A stretch of 64,000 nt of DNA from Mustelus asterias (taxonomy: Eukaryota). Below the pieces are notes generated by a model. That model ran no database searches, had not been told where the DNA came from, and was given only the letters and a program-made list of their open reading frames with translations. The stretch lies in assembly GCF_964213995.1 (NCBI RefSeq), contig NC_135808.1, positions 103,044,001 to 103,108,000 of the forward strand, read 5' to 3'. Positions 10,689-24,029 of this stretch are shown in pieces. Every line of letters starts with the position of its first letter. Positions within the stretch are counted from its first letter, which is position 1. Both the position numbers and the translations under genes were made by a program.

Positions 10689-13004
10689 CTGTTAAAAATA
10701 AGCATTGCATGAATAAATGTGTGTTGGAAGCTTATACCAGCTTGTTACAAATTTAAAAAAAAAAACTTGCACAGAATTGTAAGATTCAAAACAATTACAT
10801 TTCCTGTTAAAAGTTTGATTCTAAATGAAGTGACATTGCCTTTACTGCAATACCCATAACTGTCCCAAACCAATGTGTTGTCTATCTAAATAAAATCCAA
10901 TTACTACAAATGAACCATGACCCATTAGTAGAGGCCAATATAAATAAGCAAACATCATTTGAAGCAATTCCCAGATATCAAAACTTTACCAGGAATAAAA
11001 TCTGGAGAAGGCAAGGAAAAATGGCATGTCACAACTCAAGTTAGGTTTCAGTTCTGATTGAGACAATTCCATGTACAAAATGGACCTTGCTTATCTACAT
11101 GCAACAGTTAAATGGGGGAAACCTAGAATTTTGAACTAGAAAGCCTGCTCACTTACTAAAAATCACCACCTTAAGGGACATTTAGGAGCCAATTCTCATT
11201 TTTGACACCCCGTTTAGTACCTGGCTGCATGTTTGTCTAATTCTACCTAATTTACTTAAATGAACGATGTATTGCTTTGATGTTCTCTCCCATATTCACC
11301 AATGAGTAATATGCAATAATTGAGGGTTAATTGTTAAATCAGATGATCAAGTTTATTCAATGTAGAATTAAACTTCCTGAGAATTTTTAGTACATCGATG
11401 AGACTGCCGACTAGGATTGTGTAGACAGTCATGTGCACACACCTCATCAGGCTGTGGATTCAAGCTCCATTACGGACTGGAGCAGGTAATCTACACTGCC
11501 TTAACAAAGGGAGAGCAGAATGGTCAGGTATAAGTTTAACCAACCCCACCAAGGACATCAGTTCAGGCATACATAGATGACCCCACTGACCTAATCAGCA
11601 CTATTCCATTGGGTAATTAGCAGACAGACACCCACCAGTACCTACACTGTCAAACCCCTCCAGATCACTTCATTTTTCTAAACTCCAGAAATATCAGCCT
11701 ACACTAATCCACTTTTCCTCAAGGCCAATCCCCTCTCCCAGGAACCAAAACAGGGATCATACAGCAGCTTATTAAATAGATATTAGCTAGGTATGCAGGT
11801 GAAAACTATGATATGATCTCAATTAGTGGTCAAGATTATTTAGAAAGATTTAGTGCCTGGCAGAAGGTGTCCAAACTAAAGGACACAATCACTGTCACTG
11901 CAATTGTACTGATTGCCATTCCTTTAAATCCAGCCAAGACCAATTTGGATAAAAATTCAACGACAGCAGACTTAAAACACCCAAGATGACTTGTTTTGGT
12001 TATAACTAGATAGCAATCACTTTTAAAAATGTATTTGCAGGATATGGGAGACACTAACAAGCCAGTAAATGAGCAATTGGAATTGGGCAATTAAAGATAG
12101 TGGTCTGCTGTGTGAAAATATACTTAGGTGGGGGCCCCTGGAGTTGACCCAGTGACAAAGGACAGTGATATTTCCAAAGAGTGGCATATCACTGGTAGAG
12201 GAATTGCAGCTGGTAGTACCCATGGGCTACTTTCCTTCTCCTTCCAGGAAGTTTAGATCCTGGGTTTCAGTGATGCTGTCAAAGAAGCCTTGCCAAGTTT
12301 CTGCATCTTGTAAGTGATACATATTGCAACAATGATGTGTGTCAGTGGTGGTGGAAGAAACAAATATGGATGGGGTGCTAAACAAGTGGACTGCATTATG
12401 CTGGATGGTTTCAAGCTTCTGGAATCTTGCTGGAACTGCACTCACTAGGGCAAGTGGAGAGATTTTCATCACACTCCCGACTTGTGCCTTGGAGAGCATG
12501 GACACAATCTGGGGATTCAAGAGGCGAGAGTCACTCAGCACAGAACCTCTGACCCTTTGTCAGCACAGTATTTATATGGTTGACCCAGTTCAGTTTCTGG
12601 TCAATGGTAATCCCCAGGATGTTGATGGGGATTCAGTAATGCTGTTGAATATCACAAGTGGTCAAATGTTTGGCACTCATGAGACAATGTTACTACCACC
12701 ATGTCCAGGTATTGTCCAGGCCTTGCTGTATGTGGGGGCAGACTGCTCCATTATCTGAGGATTTGTGAATTGAACACTGAAATCAGGGAACATTCTCACT
12801 TCGGACCTTATGATGGAGGGGAGGACTGCTCTGCAGAACTCCTGCTGTGATGTCCCAAGGACATGACCATGACTGGCCTTCACAGCAAGCAAAGCCACCT
12901 TTGTGCTAGATATGACTATTATCCAAGCTTCCTGCATCCGCCAACACCACTGACAAGAGATTGCTCAGGATTCATTATGCCATTGTCAAATGCTGCCTTG
13001 ACCT

Positions 13005-13292
13005 CTTTTTAGGGCAAACCAAATAAACAAACTCAGATTAAGTCAAGACAAAGCAAAAGGGGCAGCTCTCCAAAAGGAGGGGGGAACAGCCCAATCAGAA
13101 ATCAAAGTAGAAAGGAAACTTAAAAACATCAAATTAAAATGTGATTGTCAGGGTCAATAATGCACCCCAACCCCTGCGGTGCCCAATGGGTGCAGAAGGC
13201 ATCAACCGTGCCCCTGGACACCGCATGCTCCCTCTCCAGGGACACCTGGCCGCGAATGTAGCCACGGTAGAGGGGCAGACAGTCAGGATGGA
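13005..13292 (-). mobile_element. L1/Tx1-like LINE 3' end
   Basis: ORF 13129-13317 (CLPLYRGYIRGQVSLEREHAV...W) resembles a Tx1-type ORF2 C-terminus, followed by a T-rich 3' UTR. Confidence 0.55.
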
Positions 13293-13299
13293 TGGAAAA

Positions 13300-13465
13300 A
13301 TTAGTATAGCCAATCAACCTAACTCACACATCTTTGGACTGTGGGAGGAAACCCACGCAGACATGGGGAAAACGTGCAAACTCCACAGTGACCCGAGGCC
13401 AGAATCGAACCTGGGTCCCTGGTGCTGTGAGGCAGCAGTGCTAACCACTGTACCACCATGCCGCT
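13300..13465 (-). mobile_element. V-SINE-type SINE 5' half
   Basis: Reverse complement of the SINE head as at 3686. Confidence 0.8.
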
Positions 13466-15399
13466 AAGGGCAATTACTTATGCTTCATCTCTGGCACTCA
13501 TTTTTAGCTCATGTTTGGTCTAAGACCAAGGAAGCCTGGAGCCAAGTGGTCCTGGCAGAACCCAGCTGAACATCCTTGTGTCGGTACCATTTGGTAACAA
13601 TATCAAAGTCATCCTCCAACACTTCATTGATGGAGATTTGACTGGTGGGGCAGTAATTGACCAGACTCGTCCTGCTTTTTATGGGCAGAACTCTGCAATT
13701 TTTTACATTGATGTCAGGTAAGATGCCATCAAGGCTGTACTGTCCCTCCCCAACAATGCAGCACACTTCAGGGGCTCAAGGCAGCAGCTCATCACCTTAA
13801 AATGGGCAATAAATGCTTGTCTGTCCACTGACACCCACATCTAAATAAATTTAAAAATCTGGGACAGGTTAGTTAGGGCAACAGCTGGTTCTGGAGCACA
13901 AGTCTTCAGACCCATAGCAGTGATACTGTCAGGGTCCATAGCCTTTGCAGTATCCAGTCAATACATGCAGAATATTTAATTGTCTGAAGACTGGCATCTA
14001 TGATGCCAGAGTCCTCAGGAGGCAACTGAGATGGATCATTCAGTTGGCACTTTTGGCTGAAGAATGTTGCAAACACTTCAGCCTCATCCTTTGCACCCAT
14101 GTGCTGGGCTTCCCCATCTGAGGGTGGGGATATCTCTGGAGCCTCCTCAGGTGATTGGATGTGGTGAAGAGCTCCGGCCCTTCTGTTGTTGTAAACCTAT
14201 TGTCCTGTACTGCAACTTCACATCTTTTTTCCTGCTCCTGACAGGTTTTCCACACCTCACACCAGTTGAGTCCCCTGGCTGGGTGGTAATGGTTTTGTGA
14301 GGAATATGCTATGCCAATGCTGGCGCACACTACCTCATGAATGACCAGTTTTGATGCTCAATCCATTTGGAATCTAACCCATTTAACACGTTAGCAGTGA
14401 GTAGTGTCACACAACACAATGGACAATAGACGACTATGGGGAGGTTACTCTGACCAACACTGGACAGATACATCTGTGAAAGTGAGGGCAAGGTTACCCT
14501 AATTTTCCTCCTGTTGGTTCTCACTAGCAGCTGTAGGTCCTGTATTTAAGTTTCTTGTGGAGCCCTCAAGTCTCCAGGGTACATATCCTAGTCACCCACA
14601 AAGGCAAAAATCGACAACCAACAATTTCTCTATCCATTCGATAAGCCAATTACTTCAAGTACACCAACTACAAACTTCCAGCATCATAAAGAACGGCAGC
14701 AAAAGTGCTGTAGAATCACTTAGGATGCAGACGTGGACATTATTGATCACAGCTCTTGGAACAACAATGTAAAATTCGCTACCCAACCCTATTGTGGGAA
14801 CTCCCTCGACAAGGTCTACACTTCAAGGCCACCATCACTACTTCACAGGGCAACAAGGTAAATCAATAAAGACAGCCTTATTTGGTAACAGCGTAGACCG
14901 ACCAAAAAAGAGCAGGTGTAATCTTACACAGGAGTTCCACTTCAAATAACCAAACGGATAATCAAAGGACAGTGTGAAAGAGTTAGGGTCCCCATGAGAG
15001 TGAACTCCTAGGGGTGAGCAACAAAACTTACTGTAGGTGCTTCTGGGAGATTAACAAAAAACGCTCAAAGTAACGTTAAAGCCACTCAAGTGTGGAGGAG
15101 TTAAACCCGCGCTCGAGATCAAGTAGCTCCAAGACTGGAACCTCTTAAGAGCACAGGCTGTGAGAAAGACCAAGCTTCCCCCGCCACGTTTAAAGTTAGA
15201 AGGCACAGCAGCAAAAAAGAGTGAAAACGGAAACAGACTGTGTGCTTGTTAGTTATTTTATTGACTATATTAAAACAAGGAAGATGCCTATTGATACCAG
15301 GGAGGACACGGAGAGGGGGTGGGGGGTGCTGTGGGGGACAGTTTGCTCCCTCCTCTCTCCCGGCAAATTTGTAGCAAGAAAATAGACACACAAATGGAA

Positions 15400-16030
15400 C
15401 GCGGCGACAGTGAGCGCATGCGCATCCCGCGCCCGGCTCCAGCGCCCGGGTAAAGGTGCAGCTGCCCCGCCTCAGCCCCTCACCCTCCGCCGCCTCACCC
15501 CCTCTCCCACACCTACCCTCAGTCCCTCACCATAGTCCCTCCCCTCAGTCCCTCACCCTCTCTCCTCCCTCCCCTAGTCCCGCTCACTCCCTCAGCCTCT
15601 CTCCACTCATCCTCAGCCCCCTCAACACCACTCCTCCCTCACAGCCTCCCTCCCCCCCACTCCGCCTGACTCCCCCGCCTGACTCCCCCAGCACCACTCC
15701 TCACACCCCCCTCACCTCTCGGCGCTGCCTGGGACACTGGATGTGGAGGCGCTGGGTTCGTGATCCGCCATTTCAGGTTGTGCTTGCGGGCTGCGGGCCT
15801 GGGCTTGCTGCCTGGACACAAACACAGGGGATCCTGCACAGACACCGGGTGATAACCGCAGCAAGCGCTGATGGGGGAAGATTCCCTCTCTCTCTCTCTC
15901 TCGGTTTAAAAACACAGCAGCGGAAAGAACCCGCTCCTATTCCCGCCTTTTATTTACCCCACGGTGCATCACTTCCGGTTCACCTTTCACCCTGGCGGGA
16001 AAATTCACCCACAGCATTGGCACTTATTAA
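15400..16030 (-). promoter_or_regulatory. NASP CpG-island promoter
   Basis: E2F-like TTTTCCCGCCA (15993-16003, minus) and TTCCCGCC (15940-15947), ETS ACTTCCGG (15971-15978), CCAAT (16016-16020, minus), YY1-like CCGCCATTT over the ATG, NRF1 GCGCATGCGCA (15414-15424). Confidence 0.75.
15716..15771 (-). CDS. NASP: NASP first coding exon (MADHEPSASTSSVPGSAE)
   Basis: ATG in good context (aaATGG) inside a CpG island, AG|gtgag donor, phase 2 matches the 10688 acceptor. Confidence 0.8.
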
Positions 16031-16161
16031 AAATAAATAAATCGTGCCGAGAATCTGACACAAAGTGCGGGTAATCTGTTAGGTTAAATGCAATTCAGGG
16101 ACATCAGGCGCCACTTGACAAAAAAGTTCAACTTTAAATTGCGCCACTACTGGCAACATCG

Positions 16162-16535
16162 AGATCAGAAGTGGAATTTATGATGCAAATGAGATTGAAA
16201 GTCAATTTCAATTTATGTGTTTATTTAAATCAACCGCCACTTGTCATGTTCAGCCAATTATCCTGTTATAAGTGAGGTTGCAGATAGGCATTCTGCTAAA
16301 TCCGCCTCCCTGCAAATGATGCCAATTGTTTTTTTTATTGTCACATGTATCGGTTATACAGTGAAAAATATAGTTTCTTGCTCACTATACAGACAAAGCA
16401 TACCGTACATAGAGAAGGAAAGGAGGGTGCAGAATGTAGTGTTACAATCCTAGCTAGGGTGTCGAGAAAGAAGATCAGAAGTGGAATTTATAATGCAGAA
16501 GAGATGGAAAGTCAATTTCAATTTATGTGTTTATT
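16162..16535. repeat. 64-bp direct repeat (16162-16225 and 16472-16535)
   Basis: agatcagaagtggaatttat...caatttatgtgtttatt occurs twice with a few mismatches. Confidence 0.85.
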
Positions 16536-16837
16536 ATATTCTGATTCAAATTATAGCATCTATTAATTCAGTTTACAACACACATATGTTGATATAACAT
16601 TCATTTATTTTACCTGAACATTTTCAACGTAACAATTTGTAACCTTGGACTTTTACAATATCTCTGCAAAAGTGCATTTATTTCAACTCACTGGATTCAG
16701 AATTTTGAGAGTGCAGTACGCTATGTGCAGTGCTGTTTTGATTAATCAACCAACTCCAAATAGTTTCTTTTTTCTTTCTCATTTTCTTTGCAGTGGAGTA
16801 AATACTGTATTCAGTTGCTTATTGACTGTAGCATCAA

Positions 16838-17500
16838 GCGGCATACAACGGTAATATCACTGACTAGTAATTTAGAGTCCCAGACTAATGCCACAGCAGC
16901 TGGTGGAATTTAAATTCAATTAATTAATTAGATTAATAAAAATCTGGAAACCAGTCTCAGTAATGCAATTATCATTGATTGTCATAAAGTCCCACCTGGT
17001 TTACTTCTTTCAAGGAAAGAAATTTGTTTGATCTGGCCTACATGTGACTCCAGACCCACAGCATAGGATGGTGGCACAGTGGTTAGTACTGCTGCCTCAC
17101 AGCGCCAGGGTTCCGGGTTCGATTCCCTGCTTGGGTCACTGTGCAGAGTTTGCATGTTCTCCCTGCGTCTGTGTGGGTTTCCTCCGGGTGCTCCGGTTTC
17201 CTCCCAGAGTCCAAAGATGTGTGGGTTAGGTTAATTGGCCGTGCTAAATTGATCCTAGTGACAGGGGGATTAGCAGGGTAAATTAGGGTTATGGGAATAG
17301 GCCTGGGTGGGATTGTGGTCGGTACAGACTCAATGGGCCGAATGACCTTCTGTACTGTAGGGATTCTATGATTCAAAGTGGTCAACTCTCAACTGCCCTC
17401 TGGAATGGCTTAGCAAGCCACTGAGTTCAAGAGCAATTAGGGAGGAGTAACAAATGTTGATCTTGCTAGCAATGCTCACATCCCATGAAAGAATAAAAAA
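16838..17500 (+). mobile_element. Shark SINE interrupted by an HE1/V-SINE copy (~17063-17372)
   Basis: Host sequence ...gactccagacccacagc|...|ggtcaactctcaactgccctc resumes after the inner SINE; ends cccatgaaagaataaaaaa. Confidence 0.7.
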
Positions 17501-17769
17501 CTACACTTTTCAATTCACATCCACAGTGAAATATGCCACAACTTACAATTACATCAGTGGAGCAACAGAACAGTCAAATGCCACTCATTAAAGTAATCAG
17601 TCATTTCCGTTCAAATATGTCTCATTTTGTATACATCAAGGGTGCAGTATGAGCCAATTTTAAAGGTGATAGGGGTGTGAATAAGTTGTGAAGTTAGACT
17701 TGAGGTGTAGCAGACTTCATTTCTCATCTAAGTAATTTGGGAACTTTCCAGAGATTGCATTGCAATTCA

Positions 17770-19435
17770 AGTCATTGAGGTTTCCAGCATAGAAACAGGT
17801 CCTTCAGCCCAACTTGTCCATGCCACCCAATTTTTATCACTAAGCTAATTCCAATTGCCCACATTTGGCCCATATCCCTCAATACCCATCTTACCCGTGT
17901 AACTGTTTACATGCTTTTTAAAAGACAAAATTGTATCTGCCTCTACTACTACCTCTGGCAGCTCGTTCCAAACACTCACCACCCTCTGAAAGAATTGCCC
18001 CTCTGGACCCTTTTGTCTCTCTCCCCTCTCACCTTAAACCTATGCCCTCTAGTTTTAGACTCCCCTACCTTTGGGAAAAGATGTTGACTTATCTATGCCT
18101 CTCATTATTTTATAGATCTCTATAAGATCACCCCTAAGTCTCCTACGCTCCAGGCAAAAAAGTCCCAGTCTATCCAGCCTCTTCTTATAACTCAAACCAT
18201 CAAGTCGCAGTATCATCCTAGTAAATCTTTTCTGCATTCTTTCTAGTTTAATAATATCCTTTTTATATTAGGGTGACCAGAACTGTACATAATTCCAAGT
18301 GTGGCCTTACTAATGTCTTGTACAACTTCAACAAGACGTCCCAATTCCTGTATTCAATGTTTTGACCAATGAAACCAAGCATGCCAAATGCCTTCTTCAC
18401 CACCCTGTCCACCTGTGGCTCCATTTTCAAGGAGCTATGAACCTGTACCCCTAGATCTCTTTGTTCTGTAACTCTCCCAAATGCCCTACCATTAACTGAG
18501 TAGGTTCTGCCCCGATTCGATCTACCAAAATGCATCACCTCACATTTATCTAAATTAAACTCATCTGCCATTCATTGGCCCACTGGCCCAATTAATCAAA
18601 ATCCCGTTGCAATCCTAGATAACCTTTTTCACTGTCCAATATGCCTCCAATCTTGGTGTCATCTGTAAACTTACTGACCATGCCCCATAAATTCTCATCC
18701 AAATCATTAATATAAATAACAAAAACAGTGGACCTAGCACTGATCCTTGAGGCACACCGCTGGTCACAGGTCTCCAGTTTGAAAAACAACCCTCTACAAC
18801 CACTCTCTGTCTTCTGTCATCAAGCCAATTTTGTATCCCATTGGCTACCTTTAAGATTTAATCTTATGCCACAACCTACCAAGCGATACCTTGTCAAAGG
18901 CCTTGCTAAAGTCCATGTAGACAACATCGCCTGAATTGCCTTCATCTACCTTCTTGGTTACCCCTTCAAAAAACTCAAATTCGTGAAACATGACTTTCCA
19001 CTCACAAAGCCATGTTGACTGTCCCTAATCAGTCCTTGCATCTCTAAATGCCTGCAGATCCTGTCTCTCAGAACACCTTCTAACAACTTATCCACTACAG
19101 ATGTTAGGCTCACTGGTCTGTAGTTCCCAGGCTTTTCTCTGATGCCCTTCTTAAACAAAGGCACAACATTTGCTACCCTCCAATCCTCAGGCACCTCACC
19201 TGTGCATGTCGATGATTCAAATATCTCTGCAAGGGACCAGCAATTTCCTCCCTAGCCTCCCACAATGTCCTGGGATACATTTCATCAGGTCCCGGGGATT
19301 TATCTACCTTGATACAGTATAAGACTTCCAGCACCTCCTTCTCTGTAATATGTACACTCCTCAAGACATCACTATTTATTTCCCAAACTCCCTAACATCC
19401 ACGCCTTTCTCAACCGTAAATACCAATGAGGAATT
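17770..19435 (-). mobile_element. 5'-truncated CR1 LINE (RT to 3' tail)
   Basis: ORFs [45 protein letters not shown]. Confidence 0.95.
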
Positions 19436-19919
19436 ATTCACACCCCTCATTGCAGCCACAGGAATTATGATTATGGTGCTTTGCTGGATTTCTATTATTG
19501 TCAGATTTCAATTTAGAGTTAAGCTCGCCCATACAAAATAAGCGCACAGCTCATCCTTGGTCCTGACTTAATGAAGTTAGATGCTTAAAGTTCTTGTTAG
19601 AAAATTTGATTGCAAACTTATGGATTTATTTTCACTTAGCAATATTTGTTTTAGTTTTTTTACATACAGCAGCTTTTGGTGCTGTGCTATTCTTGCATTT
19701 TTGCGTGACAAAAAATAGGGCAGGGATTGGCCGTGAGGAGAGATATGATTTATTAACTCAGCTAAATATGGAGTGGGTTCCCTGCTTAGGATGGTGCAGC
19801 AAAGGCTCTGGGCTCTGGCTGAAAATACCAGAAAATACTAGATGGGCCACAAAACTATACCTTTGCTGATGATCTCAGTAAAATATTAAAAATGATATAA
19901 ACGTATTGGAATTTCTTTC

Positions 19920-21400
19920 TATTTGTTTACAGAATGTGAGTGTTGCTGGCAAGGCCAGCATTTCATTCCCATCCCAGATTGCCCTTGAGAAGCAGGTGGT
20001 GAGCTGCCTTCATGAATAACTTCAGTTTGTGTGAAGATACTTCAACAGTGTTGTTAGGTAGTTAGTTCCAAGATGTTGACTCAGCAACAATGAAGAAACA
20101 GAGATTAATGTCCAAGTCAGGATGATTTGTGACTTGGAGTTGAAGGTGTCACCATGTGCCTGTTCTCTTTTTAGGTGGTAAAGGTCACTGGTTTGAGAGG
20201 TGCAGTCAAAGAAACATTGGAGATTTGCTACATTGCATCTTATATTGTAGACAAATTGTGGAGGGAGTTTAAGGCAGTGGATGGGGTTCCAATCAAGCTG
20301 ATTGGTTTGTGTTGGATGTTGTCAAATTTGAGGTTGTTGGACCTGTGCTTTTATTCCTCCACTGGATGTGGACATTGCTGGCTGTGTTAATATTTGTTGC
20401 CTGGCCATTTTTGCCCTTGAGAAGGTGGTGGTGAGCAGGCAAGTGGAGAGTATTCTTTCATACTCCTAACATATGGCTTGCAGGTGAGAGAAAGGCTTTA
20501 GAGAGCAAGTAGGACAGTATCTGATCTGCTCTTGCAGCGACAGTATTTACAGCCAGAGCCCATAGCCTTTGCTGTACCTGTGCACACAGCCACTTCTTAA
20601 TATCATGTGGAGTGAATGCAATTGGCTGCAGACTAGCATGGAGGTGTTCTTAGGAGATGGTTAGGGAGAATTATTCACTTGGCACTTCTGGCCAGAAACG
20701 TTTACAAGCTCCTTGTCTTTTGCACTTGTGTTTGGCGCTGCTATCATTGAAGGTGGGAATGTTCACAGAACCTTCTCCCATTAGTTGTGAATGGTAAACT
20801 AACAACTGGATATGGCAGAACTGTAGAGCTTTGATTTGTCCTGTCAATTGTGGGATTACCTAGATGTGTAATAATATGCTGCCACATTGCTTAGCATGCA
20901 TTAAGTTCTGGGTTGTGGCTTCACTTGATCGGCATTTCATTTTCAGATACGCCTGCGCTGCTTCTTGTAAACTCTTCATTGAACCAGGGATGGTCAGTGG
21001 TAGAGTGAAGAATATGCCAGGCTGAGGTTAGATTGTGGTGGAATATAATTCTGATGCTATTGGTAGTTTGCAGTGCCTCATGACTCCTCAGTTTTCAGAT
21101 GCTAGATCTGTTCTGAATCTATCTCATTTAGCATGGTGACAGCACCACACAATGGAGAGTGTCCTCAGTAAGATGGGATTTGGTCTCCACAAGGATGGTG
21201 CGACGGTCACTCCTCCCACCACTACCATTAATGGATGCATCTGCAACAGGTAGATTGGTGAATTAGATCAACTAGGTATTTCCTTCACATGGATTAATTC
21301 ACCAGCTGCTACATGTACAGTCTGGTAGCTAGGTTTTTCAGGACTAGGTTGATGATGATACAATTGAGTTATTCTTGGCGATAAACATTGAAGTTCCTCA
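19920..21400 (-). mobile_element. Old CR1/L2-group LINE relic
   Basis: Tail block gcccttgagaag...gtggtgagc and internal similarity to 13900-14530. Confidence 0.6.
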
Positions 21401-21812
21401 TCAGCTTGGAGAACAGCAAATTGGGATTTGATGGCGATATTCAAAATTATGAGGGGTCTGGTCAGAGTAGATAGGGAGAAATGTTCCCATTAGTGAAAGG
21501 ATCTAGAACCAGATTTAAGATGACTGGCAAAAGAAGCACAAGCACCATGAGGAAAAAGTTGTTTTCCCCAGTGAGTGGTTAAGATTTGGAATGTACTGCC
21601 TGAGTCTGTGGTGGAGGTAGACCTGAGCATGAATTTCAAAACCAAATTGGATGATTTATCTGAGTAGAAAAGAAAGCAGGGCTCCAAAGAAAAACTGGGA
21701 GGGAGCAGGAAGGTGTGGAGAAGGGACTGGATGACATTAATTGCTCTTGCAGAGCCAGCACAGACACAATGAGTCAAGACCTCTTTGTGCTCTAAGCATA
21801 TAATTCAACCTC

Positions 21813-22676
21813 AGCCCGGATTTTCCCCAAAAAACCCTAAGTGTCGAATGTGTGTGAAAACTGGAGTAAATCATGCTGTTTTTTTTAGTAGTTTAAAAAT
21901 GAATCTCCCACTCTGTAAACTGCAGAGTGCCTCAGCGCGAATCACATGAAAAATGAGGGGGCAGGGTCAATTCACACAAAAAAATGAGGGGCGGGGCCTA
22001 TTCCCACAGGAGAGGCCGGCAGTATAGCGCTGAGCAGGCCACTGCGCATGTGCCGATTACTGGCCCTCCAAGCACGCCCGGGCCCAGCCCCCGCCCACCC
22101 TGATCACTGGCCTCCCTCCGTCACTCAGCCCAAATGCACAAAGGTAGCAGGACCCCCTACAGATATCACTCCTGGAGGCCCTGCTCCCATAAGGGCCTGC
22201 CCCCTGGCACTTGCCCAGTGGGCAGTGCCAAAGTGCCCTTTGGGCATAGGCATTTTGCCCTTTGGGCAGTGCCAGTTGGCCCAGGCTGGCACTGCCAGGG
22301 GGCAGCCCCCCGGCATCAACCCTCTTGGGGGTTGTCTCCCCCTTCATTCCAACAAGGTCAGGCCGCCAGCTTCCCAAAAGTAGCAAGCGACTGTAAACCC
22401 TGCTGGAATGAAATACTGCTGGCAGGTGGGGCCGGTGGGGCGGGGAAGAGAGGCACAAGCGGGCCTGGCGACTTCAGTCCAGGGCCCACTAATTATATTT
22501 AAGTCAGATTTACATGCTCGTTTGCATGTATAATACAACTCCGTGCCTATTACCGGCATGGAACTGATGTTGCTGGAAAACAGCACCAGAAGAGGCTATC
22601 GGGAAGGGACGCCACTTGAATCTTCGGGCCCGCTGCACTAAAAAAAAAAGCTCAGTGCGATGGGAGAATCGCCCCC
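21813..22676. mobile_element. Non-autonomous PIF/Harbinger-type DNA element
   Basis: Imperfect TIRs agcccggattttccc / gggagaatcgccccc, 3-bp flanking duplication ctc, GC-rich interior; left end resembles 57863-57920. Confidence 0.65.
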
Positions 22677-24029
22677 CTCATCTTTCTTCCAAGTAACGTG
22701 ATGAACTTCATCCTTGTAATCCACAATAAATTTAATGTAGGGATCAACACCATAACATGCTCGATCATTGCAACATTCACAAACAATGTGGGTTTAAAAA
22801 AGGGGTGGGGGAGAAAAGCTTCCAATGGAAAAAGTCTACAACAGTGCTTCCTTAACTATAGATCAGAACTGTAGAAGTGCCATTACAGAATTTGGTATTT
22901 GCATTTTTTGGCAGGCTTTGACTTTTACCAATTCTTTCCTTGGCACACCAGCCCACATATCAAGTGTTGCTAAAAGGGCAGTCACGCTACTTGTCTGTGG
23001 TTAGCCTTTGGCACCCAAATGAAACTCAGCTGGGTAGTGGTCTCCAAACACTAAAATATACAAAAATCTCCTTTAAAACCTTAAGTTCTCTATAGAGAAG
23101 TTGAAAAAAAATTATAAGCTAGGGAATTTGCAATAAACTTGTGGTTGCTGAAATACTTATATAGATTCAAAATTAGAGCAAACCTTAAGATTGATAGTGA
23201 ATCTGAGTAAGTGCGACCCATAAAGCACTAAATGGTATAACTTCATAATGATTTGAACTAAATAAGATCTACAAAATCAGTGTCTTACACTTCTGGTCAG
23301 TCACTGAATTGGTTGCTTGAAGATAAATAAATACAGAAATACACTTTTGTATTTTTATTGATACCCATTTGAGTTTTGACATTAAATATTTTTATATCCA
23401 AAGCAGAAGAGTCAGATGCATTGGTGAAGTAGATATAAGTACATGGCACAAAGCAGGGCATCAGCAGTTAATAAATTTATAATGTATGAAAAGAAATTTT
23501 TAAAAAGCACTAGTGTGTTCACTATTTCAGAAAGTAGTGAAAAATATCCATGGAATCATTCCTTGATAGACTTCCAAGGATTCAGCAGATCATTGGGAGA
23601 AAATAAACATTATGTCAAGGTTTGTTTCACAGTCCGGCTTTTAAAGTTTATCCATCCTGTATGTGGTAATCTCTGCTGTTTTCTGTCCTCCATTTGCACA
23701 TTTTGGAGCCCCTCTTCCTACCTGGGTTGATTTGTGAAGTAGATTGAATGTTTAATTCACAAATGGAGAGATGAGTTCAAGTCACAAGTAGTCTTAAGTG
23801 AAGAGTGTTAACCCAATGCATGTACATAGTATATGGAGCTGGTCATGGATCAGCCATGATCTAATTAAATGTGTAGGTTAGGTTGATTGCTAAATTGTCC
23901 TTTAGTGTCAGGGGGATTAGCAGGGTAAATATCTGGGGTTACAGGGGTAGGGACTGGGTGTGATTGTTATTGAAGCAGGCTTGATGGACCAAATGGCCTC
24001 CTTCTGTGCTGTAGGGATTCTATGATTTC

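Larger units (their letters stand above)
12230..14530 (-). mobile_element. Old, fragmented CR1/L2-group LINE relic with nested inserts
   Basis: Blocks shared with 19920-21400, 30440-31230 and 40030-42120; no intact ORF; boundaries approximate. Confidence 0.65.

Noticed and set aside
15032-15042. Possible 11-nt NASP micro-exon (tctcccag|AAGCACCTACA|gtaagt)
   Set aside because: Not frame-preserving and no supporting homology; likely chance
15456-16040. 194-aa Pro/Ser-rich ORF on +
   Set aside because: Product of a low-complexity C-rich tract antisense to NASP exon 1; GTG start
23335-23360. AKR1A1 polyadenylation signal (AATAAA on minus at 23354-23359)
   Set aside because: Plausible, but 3.4 kb from the stop across repeats, and other hexamers exist; cannot be assigned from sequence
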